DNA of 64,000 bases, taken from IMG/VR virus record IMGVR_UViG_3300034418_006779, positions 45,079 to 109,078 of that record. One strand, written 5' to 3'. The notes under the pieces are model-generated. The model searched no databases, was not told the origin of the DNA, and saw only the letters and a list, made by a program, of their open reading frames with translations. Below are positions 20,576-30,773 of this stretch, piece after piece (the first letter of the stretch is position 1; every line of letters begins with the position of its first letter). The DNA comes from a virus. Made by a program: the position numbers and the translations under genes.

Positions 20576-21781
20576 TCAGATGTCATCAACCTGATATGGT
20601 GATTCAATCCAATGGGATTTGGGAATCACCCATCTGAGCTTTGCTTTACTAGTCTTCCTGTTTTCCTTGTATTGCTCATGAGTATAAGCACCGGCAGGAG
20701 GCATGTGTATGACCGAGTCATATTTCCTCGGTATTTTTTTCTTGTTTGTGTCCTTCACAAACTTACGGTAGCGTCTATTAGATGGAGCAATTGCTTTCTT
20801 GAATGGGATAGTCTTGACATACACTTCCACATCAAGATGATATGTTCCGGGCATATCTCTGTACTCTGGTATGAGCTCCTTGTCTATCCACTCAACAACG
20901 ACTCTCTGATTAAAGTCTGCTAAGATAGCTTCGTGGTTTTTCTTCTTGTGCCAACTAGGAAAGTCAAAATATTTCTCCTCAGAGAATATCAACCTCTCGT
21001 TGTCATACACATTAGCCACTACTTTATTCCAATTTTGCCAACCGATATATATTTCATCGAACTCTCGTTTGGATGAATAAATGTCGATCTCAAATCCATT
21101 ATACTCAATGTGATCTGCCCAACACTTATGTATACCCATATTCTTACTCTCCTCATCAATGTATCTTTTAAACATGATGAAGATACTTCTACCCATTACT
21201 CTTGATCGCTTTCTACAGCGATAGGCAATGGGATGGAGTATACCATCGTCATCCTCTGCGTACAGACGTCCGTGACTAATTTGCTTAGTCCCTTCCTCGA
21301 GTTCAATGGTTTGAGTAAAGTTATTTACATGGTTTAAACGAAAGCTCCAAACGCTACGAGCTTCTACCTTCTTATTAATCTGAATAATGACTTCTCTGCT
21401 GAGAATAAACCCAGCGTCTTCATGATTAACAAAGGGAGTAGGTACTCTACTTTCAAATTGTAATGTTTTAGGTAAAAAGAATGAAATGTCTCCTTCGACA
21501 AGGTTCTCTACTACTTGTGAGCTAGTATAGCCTCCAGCATTAGCGATTTGAATGTCGATAGGAACGAGCTGGTCAATATCATATGCTTTTTCACACGCTG
21601 TGAGGTAATCCTCTAGCTGCTTAAACATCTCGACTGCTTCCGCTCGATCTTCTCCAAGTCGTAGAGTTATTTTATCTGCCAACTTGAGCAGATCTTCTAA
21701 GTCCGCAAACTTGGACAAGTCTAGTTCACTATCGAAGCCGAAGAACACGGCTTCATAGCTAAGTTGTGGAGTAATACTCAT
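20576..21781 (-). CDS. Hypothetical protein
   Basis: 401-aa ORF in the co-oriented gene run; no motif recognised. Confidence 0.7.
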   Translation of the reverse strand: MSITPQLSYEAVFFGFDSELDLSKFADLEDLLKLADKITLRLGEDRAEAVEMFKQLEDYLTACEKAYDIDQLVPIDIQIANAGGYTSSQVVENLVEGDISFFLPKTLQFESRVPTPFVNHEDAGFILSREVIIQINKKVEARSVWSFRLNHVNNFTQTIELEEGTKQISHGRLYAEDDDGILHPIAYRCRKRSRVMGRSIFIMFKRYIDEESKNMGIHKCWADHIEYNGFEIDIYSSKREFDEIYIGWQNWNKVVANVYDNERLIFSEEKYFDFPSWHKKKNHEAILADFNQRVVVEWIDKELIPEYRDMPGTYHLDVEVYVKTIPFKKAIAPSNRRYRKFVKDTNKKKIPRKYDSVIHMPPAGAYTHEQYKENRKTSKAKLRWVIPKSHWIESPYQVDDI

Positions 21782-22289
21782 CTTCAGGAGTTATTCTAGA
21801 GTCAAGCTCTTTAATCATCTCATTAAATTTATCATACTCACTAGCGTATGTACGCTTGTCCACAATAAATGATTCGATTAGAGTTCTTTTGAATTCTTGA
21901 TTGATAGTCATTACATCTATGATGTGACCATCATGCCAGTATAGTTGAAATACTCTAGTACATATTTTACTGTACTCTGACCTTATAAAGGCTGATACAT
22001 CAACAAACTCTGGTAATTCGCAAGTAACAAAAAGCCTACCCTTACTGTACTTAATTGATTTAACAAAGATGGATTTTTTTAGGTCTGCTATTGGCACATA
22101 TAATGGTGCCACCATAAGAATTCCATTCTCTATTGGTCCGTCTAATCCTTCTTGGACATAGTCAATACCTAAATAGAATTGAATAGAATCTCTGTAAGTG
22201 TCTATAATATTTCTCATAGACTCGTCAGTCTTCAGGAACGGAGCTAGATAGCTCGCGGTTCTGTTTTTCTTTAAGGGTTTTAAGTTCAC
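21759..22289 (-). CDS. Hypothetical protein
   Basis: ORF tiled with neighbours; start uncertain. Confidence 0.6.
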   Translation of the reverse strand: MNLKPLKKNRTASYLAPFLKTDESMRNIIDTYRDSIQFYLGIDYVQEGLDGPIENGILMVAPLYVPIADLKKSIFVKSIKYSKGRLFVTCELPEFVDVSAFIRSEYSKICTRVFQLYWHDGHIIDVMTINQEFKRTLIESFIVDKRTYASEYDKFNEMIKELDSRITPEDEYYSTT

Positions 22290-22623
22290 TGATGATATCG
22301 AAGTAGTGATCTTCAGGCATCACTACCAGTTTAGTTGACTTTCTCCTCCCATCTTTGGTATGAAATATCACGATGGGTAAATCCGCATATTCAGTTTTTT
22401 TCGTCAGCTTTTCCATATCTTCAATTAACTTACTATATGATAGTCCTCGGTGTGCTCCGTATTTACATTGCACACGGTAGGGTATATTCATTAGATCAAG
22501 CTTACAATTATCTAGAAAGCGTGATCCGTTTCGCGTCGTTAGACATGAGTCATAACCTAGATCTTTGAAGCGCTTCATTATACGCCTCTCAAAGTTATGA
22601 CCTCGGGTTCTTTGGTTTGCCAT
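22225..22623 (-). CDS. PD-(D/E)XK nuclease, Holliday junction resolvase-like
   Basis: GHNFERRI...KLDL...VQCK pattern typical of Hjc-like phage resolvases. Confidence 0.7.
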   Translation of the reverse strand: MANQRTRGHNFERRIMKRFKDLGYDSCLTTRNGSRFLDNCKLDLMNIPYRVQCKYGAHRGLSYSKLIEDMEKLTKKTEYADLPIVIFHTKDGRRKSTKLVVMPEDHYFDIISELKTLKEKQNRELSSSVPED

Positions 22624-22640
22624 ACCGTAAGGTACGACAT

Positions 22641-22973
22641 TTATTCTATAGAGTCAAGGATCTTTTTGAGCCGTCTCTCATAGACTTTATCTTCTAGAGA
22701 TTCAGTAATGAATTTAAGCATCATGTTTGCCTTACCGGCATCGAAGGTGTCTAGCCATTCGTCAACAATCCTTGCTTGTTCCTCCGTAGAGAATTCTGAA
22801 CAAAGTAACTCAACCATTCCTTTGATCGAAGATCCCTTACCATACTTGTGATTCCAAGCACGAAAGATCAATCTAGGAACCATCGAACGGAAGATAGGGT
22901 TTTGAATCCATCTCTTGATTACTCCTTTCTGAAACCTCTCGGGGTCGAATAGAAATGATTTAGGTTTTTTCAT
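22641..22973 (-). CDS. Hypothetical protein
   Basis: Likely start MKKPKS, downstream of the hairpin at 22982-23000. Confidence 0.6.
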   Translation of the reverse strand: MKKPKSFLFDPERFQKGVIKRWIQNPIFRSMVPRLIFRAWNHKYGKGSSIKGMVELLCSEFSTEEQARIVDEWLDTFDAGKANMMLKFITESLEDKVYERRLKKILDSIE

Positions 22974-22981
22974 AGAAAGAT

Positions 22982-23000
22982 GGGGGTCCGAAGACCCCCT
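22982..23000 (-). terminator. Hairpin/terminator with cUUCGg loop
   Basis: GGGGGTC-TTCG-GACCCCC followed by ATCTTTCT on the - strand. Confidence 0.55.
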
Positions 23001-23016
23001 TTTCAATATTCAGAAG

Positions 23017-23556
23017 TTAGGCAGCAGCCACAAATTTGTTCACCAATTTCTTGGCCTCAGCTTTGTCGCTGAAAGCCTTGGTGATTTCCTCATCCGTCGG
23101 CAAAGCCTTGCCATGATTGATATGGTTCATCGCCATAGCAATCTGAGCACGAAGCTGTGCTCGATAAAGCTGCTCATTCTCTTCAGGAATAAGCTGCTCA
23201 GGCAAAGACTTATAGTCTATCTCGTCATCCCAGGATGAGGTGTAGACTCCGGGTGCGCCAAGAGCATCTAACGTATTGTCAGAATTACTCCAGGTATTCA
23301 AGGTCACATAGACATCCAAAGCTTTCACAATGGTGTCATTTTCAGGCTTGTACTGGCCATTACAGTCAGAGTCACGATAGAATCGTGAAGTAATGCCGGA
23401 ACAATCGTCATTTTGTTTTGAGCGGTAAAGGCTCATGTCCAATACGTATGGACGCAGCGGACTCTCATTGGAGTACGCCGATTTATCGCGTGTGTTTCTG
23501 TTGAAAGAAACACTAGTGATATTTATGATTCGGTTTTGATTTTTCTGAGTTTGCAT
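23017..23556 (-). CDS. Hypothetical protein (C-terminal AAA)
   Basis: 179-aa ORF with A-rich leader. Confidence 0.7.
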   Translation of the reverse strand: MQTQKNQNRIINITSVSFNRNTRDKSAYSNESPLRPYVLDMSLYRSKQNDDCSGITSRFYRDSDCNGQYKPENDTIVKALDVYVTLNTWSNSDNTLDALGAPGVYTSSWDDEIDYKSLPEQLIPEENEQLYRAQLRAQIAMAMNHINHGKALPTDEEITKAFSDKAEAKKLVNKFVAAA

Positions 23557-23596
23557 AATTTTCTACTTAAAAAAGTTTGATAGGTTTAAGAACGGT

Positions 23597-23794
23597 TTAT
23601 CCTGTAACGACGGAAAAGCCGAGCGGATGCTCTTTGTAGAGCTCATCCTCCACTGAGATGTACCTGACTGGTTCACCATCATCTCCTATGCCGATATTCA
23701 CTAGGAATACGTCTTGGGAAAGTGGGGAGCTCGCCTCGCAACGAGGCATTGGGAATGACAGATCGTCATTCAGATAAGTAAATCGTTTATCCAT
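23597..23794 (-). CDS. Hypothetical small protein
   Basis: 65-aa ORF overlapping the end of the UDG gene. Confidence 0.45.
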   Translation of the reverse strand: MDKRFTYLNDDLSFPMPRCEASSPLSQDVFLVNIGIGDDGEPVRYISVEDELYKEHPLGFSVVTG

Positions 23795-24492
23795 TGTATT
23801 TTTTCTTCTTCTGGTAATTGTTGGTTTATCTTCTTAAAATGTTCGGTTCCATAAAAGCCTCCTTTACCCCCTCTATATATCTCGTTCATCGGATGGGGGG
23901 ACTCTAAGATTGCTTTAGATTGTGATATGTTTTTCTTGTAGCTCTTGGCATAGTTGCCCCAGAGCACCCATATCAAATCAGGTTTCTCTTCGCTGAGTTT
24001 TGTTATCAGATCAAGAGTAAAGTTTTTCCAGTGATCTAGGTGAGATCCTGCTGCTTTCTCCTGTACTGTCAGCGCTGTGTTTAGTAATAATACTCCTTGT
24101 CCAGGTAGATGCTCCCAATTTCCCGCTGAAGGGTGTTTAACGAGCTCCTCAAAGCGTTCTTCTTGCCCTGCGTTAGTCAGCATCTCCTTTAAAATAACGC
24201 GCATAGAGGGCGTCATAAAGGTCTCTGGGAGGCTGAAGCAAAGGCCTTGTGCTACATCAGGTGTAGGGTAAGGGTCTTGACCAAGAATAATTACTTTAGT
24301 ATTATCAAAATCGCATTCTTCAAATGCACGAAATCTCTTTTCTTTTGTTGGGTAAGATTCAATCCCAAGTTCCCGAGCTTCTGCAATCTTATTGCTTAAC
24401 GCAACTAGATCTTCCTTATTGTCCTCAATTATAGGGTATAAAAAATCAGCCCACCTCTCTGAGGTACGCTGTTGCAATTGCTCTTTTGTCAT
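23770..24492 (-). CDS. ung: Uracil-DNA glycosylase (family 1)
   Basis: GQDPY, GLCFS, GVLLLNTALTV, LWG and HP motifs. Confidence 0.95.
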   Translation of the reverse strand: MTKEQLQQRTSERWADFLYPIIEDNKEDLVALSNKIAEARELGIESYPTKEKRFRAFEECDFDNTKVIILGQDPYPTPDVAQGLCFSLPETFMTPSMRVILKEMLTNAGQEERFEELVKHPSAGNWEHLPGQGVLLLNTALTVQEKAAGSHLDHWKNFTLDLITKLSEEKPDLIWVLWGNYAKSYKKNISQSKAILESPHPMNEIYRGGKGGFYGTEHFKKINQQLPEEEKIQWINDLLI

Positions 24493-24499
24493 GTAAAAG

Positions 24500-24958
24500 T
24501 TAGTTTGAAGAATTCACTTTTTTGATTAGGTATGCTCGATCTTCATCATTTAAGTTGGGTAAACTTTTGATAGTTCGTTCATACATTGCTTTGGTATTTT
24601 CGATTTGCTTCTTCTTTCGCTCACGTTCGTAATCAGCTTTTAAATCCGCCAGGATATGTTTGTCAATGATTCCAAACTCAATCAAGTCATTTATATAATA
24701 TGTATTAGCTAATGAGCTAACACAGAATTGTTGTCCAGATTCATTGGACTCCAATAGATCATATGGATAGTTAGAATCATACTCTATATAATCATCGCTT
24801 CCATAATGACATCGATTAAGTAAGACAAATTCATCATTGCGTTCGAACAATGCAGCAAAATCGGTACCATCCTCTAGTACTTTGACTAGTTGCATTCCTG
24901 CTACATCATCAAAGTCAGTAGTACTTGTGAGTTTTTTTCTAAACAAATTCATAGCCAT
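24500..24958 (-). CDS. Hypothetical protein
   Basis: 152-aa ORF in the tiled run. Confidence 0.65.
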   Translation of the reverse strand: MAMNLFRKKLTSTTDFDDVAGMQLVKVLEDGTDFAALFERNDEFVLLNRCHYGSDDYIEYDSNYPYDLLESNESGQQFCVSSLANTYYINDLIEFGIIDKHILADLKADYERERKKKQIENTKAMYERTIKSLPNLNDEDRAYLIKKVNSSN

Positions 24959-25482
24959 TCAATATCTAAATTATAGTATGGTCTACAAAGACGGAGTTCC
25001 ATATCCTCCTCATCATTTAACTCATCGAAGTCACAACTGTCATTTGTCAACCACCAGTACGTGTAGAACTTGTCTCCATCAGTCACAACAATGTGGTTAG
25101 ACACATCACCATGCTCCTCGTGTTCATATTTACAAGTCACGTACTCAAATTTTCTATTATATTTACGAGACAACGCAATACAGGCAGTGAAACCTATGTC
25201 ATCCGCATCAAATAATCCATTCGCAAACGCTACTTGATTCCAATGACTATATCCATGCTCCCGTTCATATGTTTGAGCAGCTTGTCCAAAGTCATCAACA
25301 GTGACGCATAAAGTATCTGCTTTCAATCTGTCTAGAAATGTCAGCTTATGCTTTTCGGCTGTCTCTTCCATGATTACATTAGCCTTGTCTACGAGCTCAG
25401 TCAGCTCTTTTTTCAAAGATTTGTGGTCCTCTAACATAGGCTGAATCAATTTCGGTAGAATCTCTACCTTCAGTTTTCGCAA
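24949..25482 (-). CDS. Hypothetical protein
   Basis: ORF in the tiled run; start uncertain. Confidence 0.6.
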   Translation of the reverse strand: MRKLKVEILPKLIQPMLEDHKSLKKELTELVDKANVIMEETAEKHKLTFLDRLKADTLCVTVDDFGQAAQTYEREHGYSHWNQVAFANGLFDADDIGFTACIALSRKYNRKFEYVTCKYEHEEHGDVSNHIVVTDGDKFYTYWWLTNDSCDFDELNDEEDMELRLCRPYYNLDIEWL

Positions 25483-25639
25483 GCTGTATAACGTCTTGCT
25501 TGTTCACATACATAGTATCACCATCCCAATTAGGATAGTATACTTTCTTGGGCGTCCAACCAAGGTTTAGTATGGATAGAAAAATGCCTAGACATAAGCC
25601 TAGGCAAGACGCAAGTAATAATTTAAAATCTTGGTTCAT
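25397..25639 (-). CDS. Small membrane protein
   Basis: N-terminal hydrophobic helix LLLASCLGLCLGIFLSIL. Confidence 0.55.
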   Translation of the reverse strand: MNQDFKLLLASCLGLCLGIFLSILNLGWTPKKVYYPNWDGDTMYVNKQDVIQLAKTEGRDSTEIDSAYVRGPQIFEKRAD

Positions 25640-25670
25640 CTTTTCATAAAAATTCTGGGAAATAAATTTA

Positions 25671-26726
25671 CTATATACCGCTTTTTACCAGCTCTGAAAT
25701 CACCTTTTTTGTTTTTTCAGTACCGTATTTCTCAATAAATTCGGCAGCATCTTTACACCCAAATCTAGGATCTAACTCTATTTGAGTAAGACCGTACTTT
25801 TCAGCTAGGATTTTACCAGCTACTCGACCCGGCTCATCATTGTCAAATAGTATATAACCATTTACCTCGATATTCGGTTCACACCCTTCATTCTGAAAGG
25901 CAATAACATTAAAACCAAGCTGTTTTAGAGCAACTCTATCCTTCCAGGATTTTGTTACTATAACAGGAGAATCTGGGTCATAGTCATGCTGACCAAAAAT
26001 ATCGTCAACAGAACAGTTCGTGAAGAACTTCTTTTCCTTTTCCTGTGGGAAGGGGGTGTAGATTTTGAACTTGTTAGTATCCTCAAAGTAAAATGCAAAG
26101 CATAAGTTACTAGGAGTTACTTGGATCCAAGCTCCGGAACGATCAGTATAGTAATACGTCACGACCTCATAAATCTTCTCGTTTTCTGTGTTAGCATTGA
26201 ATTCAGCTGGGTCAATACCAAAGGTATGCCAGTAATCCATTGCTTTTTCGGAGAAACCATCCAGACTTCTGATTCTGATATCTGGAGCAGATGCACCGTA
26301 GTGTATCTTGGTTTTTTGGTAGGTTCGGTCTTTGTGATCGATGATTGTCTGCTGACTTCGTCCTAATCCTAAGCCATATCGTTCATTTACGACTTTTAAA
26401 CATTCAGAGAATGTGCGGATTGGGCGTACGTCATTTTCAGACTTTAGCATCAAAAGATCGAAACAAGAGCAGCGATTGTACTTCTTAGCTGCGAAATCGA
26501 CAAGGCGAATGATCTCATCTGCATCGCCAACAACAAATTGGCACGATGGGTTCTGTTCACCACGTAGAGTATTCAAGTATTTTGTTCCATCGGTAGTTAT
26601 TTCATACCCCATGACATCTTGGATAATGTCAATCTGAACATAGTACTTGTCTCCGTAAATCTCCTCAGACTTCTTTAATATGTTCTGCCATGTGCAGGGC
26701 AAGTATGTCGAGGTAGAAATGTTCAT
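25671..26726 (-). CDS. DNA primase (TOPRIM, crAss-type)
   Basis: R-x-E-x-NPS N-terminal segment; TKSWKD, FDNDEPG and KDAAE TOPRIM motifs; within the replication module. Confidence 0.85.
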   Translation of the reverse strand: MNISTSTYLPCTWQNILKKSEEIYGDKYYVQIDIIQDVMGYEITTDGTKYLNTLRGEQNPSCQFVVGDADEIIRLVDFAAKKYNRCSCFDLLMLKSENDVRPIRTFSECLKVVNERYGLGLGRSQQTIIDHKDRTYQKTKIHYGASAPDIRIRSLDGFSEKAMDYWHTFGIDPAEFNANTENEKIYEVVTYYYTDRSGAWIQVTPSNLCFAFYFEDTNKFKIYTPFPQEKEKKFFTNCSVDDIFGQHDYDPDSPVIVTKSWKDRVALKQLGFNVIAFQNEGCEPNIEVNGYILFDNDEPGRVAGKILAEKYGLTQIELDPRFGCKDAAEFIEKYGTEKTKKVISELVKSGI

Positions 26727-26772
26727 AATAGAAACAAGAAAAGCCTGCCCCCGTAGAGGCAGACTAATAGAT

Positions 26773-27363
26773 TTATATCTGTACTTCGTCTACTGATGCG
26801 TCACCAGTAGGCTGATTAATAGTAACTGTTTTTGTGGGTACCTGTACTTGTGTCAGTCTCTTCTGAAAATCATCTCCCCATGATAGAGGTTCAGATTCAG
26901 TGGACGGATCACGGAACCAACGTTTCCCAACGAGCTCCTTACGGTAACGGTTTTCGCTAGCCACATTAAGATAGGTTTTTCCTTCTTTATTAGGCTTGCC
27001 ATAACACATTACGACTTCCAGGTTTTTTGTAGTAAAATCTTCAGGTAAAAGTTGATTAAATTTCGAAATCATATCTTCAAAAGAAGAGAATTCTTGTCCT
27101 TCCATTTGCTCAAGTGGGATGAAGAGTTCATAGACTTCCATGATCTCTCTTGCCATCTTAGAGGCTAGTTCGTCAACAGTAGCCCACGAAGTAGGTTGTT
27201 GGGGGATGAACCATGAAGCATCCTTAGGATAGTCTGCTCCTTTAGTATAGAAAGGGATTGATACCATTTTATAGGCTCCACGCATACCGACGTATGGCTT
27301 ACCCATGGTTACATTATTGATTCCTGCTTTTGGAGTTACGATTTTGTTAGTGTTAATTTTCAT
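26773..27363 (-). CDS. Putative single-stranded DNA-binding protein
   Basis: Between Sak4-like ATPase and primase, with an acidic C-terminal tip; call is mostly positional. Confidence 0.45.
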   Translation of the reverse strand: MKINTNKIVTPKAGINNVTMGKPYVGMRGAYKMVSIPFYTKGADYPKDASWFIPQQPTSWATVDELASKMAREIMEVYELFIPLEQMEGQEFSSFEDMISKFNQLLPEDFTTKNLEVVMCYGKPNKEGKTYLNVASENRYRKELVGKRWFRDPSTESEPLSWGDDFQKRLTQVQVPTKTVTINQPTGDASVDEVQI

Positions 27364-27381
27364 TTAAGCTTTCAATTTGTC

Positions 27382-28116
27382 TCATTGTTGGGTTGTATCC
27401 GTAGTATTTTCTTCAATGTTGACAAATATCCTCGACCAGTCGAAATCGAATACATCTACTAGATGATCAAATCTCGAACCAGCTTCAATGTCATCCGAAG
27501 CCTTAAAGGAAACTCTAAGTTCGCCTTCATCTCCTCGGAACATATAACCAATAGCATCTGCATCTGCGCAAACAACGTTTTTCAACTTACCAGACAAGTC
27601 CAGTGAGCTAACGTTAACTTCGACAGAATCAGTACCAATCAGCGTCTTCTTTCTATGACCAATCAGAACAAGGTGATCGCAACAATCTTTCAGATGGTTG
27701 ATCACGTTCATGACCTTCTCTCTAACTAATCCGTAGCCCTTACCAAAAGCAAGGTCTCCGATTGACTCTACTTCATGTGTTTCGCAAACAAGTTTTTCAA
27801 CCCATTCAACAATAACATCGAGAGTATCTAGTACGAGGAAGTCCACTTTGTTCTTCTTTCCATGTGCAATATATGCTTTCAAATCATTCAGACTTTGAAG
27901 GTTTGTAGCCCTCTTCTTCTGTTTGATAGGAGCAGTACCTTTCTCTGTATCGAGAATCATGGAGGTCATATTCGGTTTGTGTTTCTTCAACCAGTTTTGG
28001 AATTCAACAATTTGAGTTGTTTTCCCGACTTTAGTTGCACCGAATAATATCAAGAGGCGGGGGTTATGTACAGTAGCTTCGGTCCACTCATCGGGACCAG
28101 GAATATGGAGATTCAT
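27382..28116 (-). CDS. AAA_24/Sak4-like ATPase (ssDNA annealing)
   Basis: Walker A GATKVGKT, LDTEKG, Walker B LVLDTLD, GKGYG, LIGH. Confidence 0.85.
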   Translation of the reverse strand: MNLHIPGPDEWTEATVHNPRLLILFGATKVGKTTQIVEFQNWLKKHKPNMTSMILDTEKGTAPIKQKKRATNLQSLNDLKAYIAHGKKNKVDFLVLDTLDVIVEWVEKLVCETHEVESIGDLAFGKGYGLVREKVMNVINHLKDCCDHLVLIGHRKKTLIGTDSVEVNVSSLDLSGKLKNVVCADADAIGYMFRGDEGELRVSFKASDDIEAGSRFDHLVDVFDFDWSRIFVNIEENTTDTTQQ

Positions 28117-28127
28117 AAATTAGCGAT

Positions 28128-29273
28128 TCATGACGTTGATTGTTTATTAGATTTTACTGTCAACATATGTTTCACTTTCTCCTGTTGTTCTGAATACGTC
28201 AGAGACGAATCTGTCAGAACATCGTAAATTGGCTGCATTTCATCAGCCTTGGGTAATTCATGGAAGAAGTCTATAGCTCCATCGAAATAGAGAGGCATTT
28301 TCACATTTGGTATTCCGTCTCGATCCTTAATAATCTTTAGCATCCTAAAATGGTTGCCAAGAATATTAATATCGTATTTACCATAGCTTCCCAAGTCGTG
28401 TCGGGAGGCATCGAATAACCCTAGAATGACATTCGCATTCCTTCCAGTCAGCTTTGAATCGCCGAGACCGTCCATACTAGGCTCTAATTTCTTAGCCTTG
28501 GCACGTTCTACTGATTCTTGGGCTGCTGATTGTTGCTGTACGTCTATTATTGTACAGCCATAAAAGTCTCGTAGTTTAAGAGCAAGTGTGTCAGACCAAT
28601 AATTCATAGCTTCTCTATCCGATTTCTTTTTGGCCCGGATTAAGCTAGCATGGTCAACCACTACTAGAGTGTATTGCTCTGGATCATTAGGAATGTACTC
28701 ACTTTCAAATGAAATTTCCTCATACTCGTTAGTATCAGAATTATACTCTTCTCGAGTCTCCATTTTAACAGTTCCATTCCTGAGCAAATATGCTCTAACG
28801 ATGTTAAACATCCTATCAGGATCTCTAATATCGTCAATAATCGTTACATTATCAAAAAATTTATTTAGTCGAGGCGTTGTTTGTTCAAGCTTACTAATGG
28901 TATCATGACTGATAGTATTAAATCTACCAACCGATAGGAGCTCTCTCGTATTCTTACGAATTTTAAAACGAGTGTAGAGCTCCCTGCTCATTTCTGTAAG
29001 CTCAAACTTTTGTCGACTTTCTTCAAAAGAAAAAAGGAAGACTTTGATTTTCTTCCCATTCTTAATTGCCCAATCTACAGGGTGATGTACAAACATACTA
29101 CGCATAAGCTTGGATTTACCAACGCCTGAGTTTGCAGTTACGATGTAATAGGTTGATTGCATAATTCCTGGAATGAATTTCTCAATCTTACCTAACCCCT
29201 CAAAGGGTATACAGTTATAGTTCCCCGACTCCCAATTTTGTTTGTTCTTTTTTATCCTTTCGAGAGTCGTCAT
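28128..29273 (-). CDS. DnaB-like replicative helicase
   Basis: ANSGVGKS, FSFEES, VVVDH, QQ, ANVILGL and KDRDG motifs. Confidence 0.85.
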   Translation of the reverse strand: MTTLERIKKNKQNWESGNYNCIPFEGLGKIEKFIPGIMQSTYYIVTANSGVGKSKLMRSMFVHHPVDWAIKNGKKIKVFLFSFEESRQKFELTEMSRELYTRFKIRKNTRELLSVGRFNTISHDTISKLEQTTPRLNKFFDNVTIIDDIRDPDRMFNIVRAYLLRNGTVKMETREEYNSDTNEYEEISFESEYIPNDPEQYTLVVVDHASLIRAKKKSDREAMNYWSDTLALKLRDFYGCTIIDVQQQSAAQESVERAKAKKLEPSMDGLGDSKLTGRNANVILGLFDASRHDLGSYGKYDINILGNHFRMLKIIKDRDGIPNVKMPLYFDGAIDFFHELPKADEMQPIYDVLTDSSLTYSEQQEKVKHMLTVKSNKQSTS

Positions 29274-29287
29274 AGAGTATAAAGATA

Positions 29288-29791
29288 CTAATTTTTTCGG
29301 ATATTCTCCTTAATTTGTTGACTTATTTCATACACTTTTTCACATACACAAACAGTGCTAGTGTTGCGATATAAGCATTCAGGAATCCTCTTACTGCCTT
29401 TACAAATCTTCTTACGTCTGTTAAGAGTAATCTTAAAGCATTCAGAAGAAATTCGCAGTCTTCGGATGTTCCATCTTGAAAAGTCAACAACAGACCAATC
29501 AGGATTCATCGTAAATAAGAAGCCGAAGCTACCTATATATTGATGACTTGACATGAATTGTCTGTATTTGCTAGAGGACGTAATAATGTCCAAATGCTCG
29601 TTAGATCTTTTCGGGATGAGCACTATATCAACCTTTTTCAAGCTTTCGATTCCTTGTTTAGCATCAAACCAACCATCTTTGGTGATGTAACATAGGTAAT
29701 TTCCTCTTTCTTTCTGAGGCATATGACCATAGAATTTGTTGATAGCATTGAAAATGACTCTAAATGTTGTGAAGTAAGTCAATTGAATCAT
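29288..29791 (-). CDS. Hypothetical protein
   Basis: 167-aa ORF with ATGA overlap to the upstream gene. Confidence 0.6.
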   Translation of the reverse strand: MIQLTYFTTFRVIFNAINKFYGHMPQKERGNYLCYITKDGWFDAKQGIESLKKVDIVLIPKRSNEHLDIITSSSKYRQFMSSHQYIGSFGFLFTMNPDWSVVDFSRWNIRRLRISSECFKITLNRRKKICKGSKRIPECLYRNTSTVCVCEKVYEISQQIKENIRKN

Positions 29792-30243
29792 ATCCAGTTG
29801 TCCGTTGTGTTATTTGTGGATTCAGTTTCTTCAGTCTCTAAATATTCAAGCAATCTGCTTGAGTGAGTGCCGTCTTCATACAATTTCTTGATGAAGTTAT
29901 CAGCTCTCATGATCATATCAGGGGCATCGGAATCGAGCCTATCCTGAACGTAGCGTTTGGCCGCATCAACGATCTCAGTCCACTCATAATCTGGATTTAC
30001 CAGAAGGAACCACTCTAGGAGAGCAGTAACATGGGCGGTATCGCTCATTAAGCCTTTCTTGAAGGTTGTTTTCTTGGAGAAAACCTGTCTAAACTCCTTT
30101 ACGTGTTCAGGAGTCAGATCAAAATCAAGAATTATAGGAGTATCTTCAATTATTCCTAATCTCTTCAGCTCTTGATATATTTTGCGGGTTGTCCCGCCTT
30201 GCAGACCGAAATCACGGTCTACCTTGAGCATTTGAAGATACAT
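29788..30243 (-). CDS. Hypothetical protein, possibly replication-related
   Basis: 151-aa helical ORF upstream of the helicase. Confidence 0.6.
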   Translation of the reverse strand: MYLQMLKVDRDFGLQGGTTRKIYQELKRLGIIEDTPIILDFDLTPEHVKEFRQVFSKKTTFKKGLMSDTAHVTALLEWFLLVNPDYEWTEIVDAAKRYVQDRLDSDAPDMIMRADNFIKKLYEDGTHSSRLLEYLETEETESTNNTTDNWI

Positions 30244-30246
30244 TGA

Positions 30247-30729
30247 TCAAATTAATTCGTACTTAAATGACCCATTCTCTTCGGCGAGATAAGTCATAAT
30301 AAGCTTTTCTTGGACGAGTCCTTGCCCGTCATTATAATATATAAAGGAATAGTTTCCTAAAGGAAGTCGGCGACATACATCTCTAATGAACGCAGTCTTC
30401 ATCTTCTGACGCAAATCTTTCTTGTTGTAAGAAGCAAGAGTTACGTATCTGATGGGGGAATCCTGTGCAACTCCTTGTACGACTTGAATACTTTCAAACA
30501 TGCATGGAGATAGTTGATTCTCATTAACGATATGATATGCATAAGTAATAGAGCTATAATAGTCCATAACAATCTTTCGACTAACATTTATAGCACTCTT
30601 ATACATTATATCAAGCTTTCGGTAGATGTCTAAACCCTTCTTAAAAGAAGGAGCAGAATTATTCGTTATCTTATACAAGATAGCGTAGAAATGTTTTCCA
30701 GATTCGTAAAATACAACTGTGTAATTCAT
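30247..30729 (-). CDS. Hypothetical protein
   Basis: 160-aa ORF ending in TGA, in frame with the next gene. Confidence 0.6.
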   Translation of the reverse strand: MNYTVVFYESGKHFYAILYKITNNSAPSFKKGLDIYRKLDIMYKSAINVSRKIVMDYYSSITYAYHIVNENQLSPCMFESIQVVQGVAQDSPIRYVTLASYNKKDLRQKMKTAFIRDVCRRLPLGNYSFIYYNDGQGLVQEKLIMTYLAEENGSFKYELI

Positions 30730-30738
30730 ATGAATGAA

Positions 30739-30762
30739 GGAGAGTAGGTTTCCCTACTCTCC
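30739..30762 (-). terminator. Hairpin/terminator
   Basis: ggagagtagg-tttc-cctactctcc inverted repeat. Confidence 0.55.
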
Positions 30763-30773
30763 AATTATAGCGT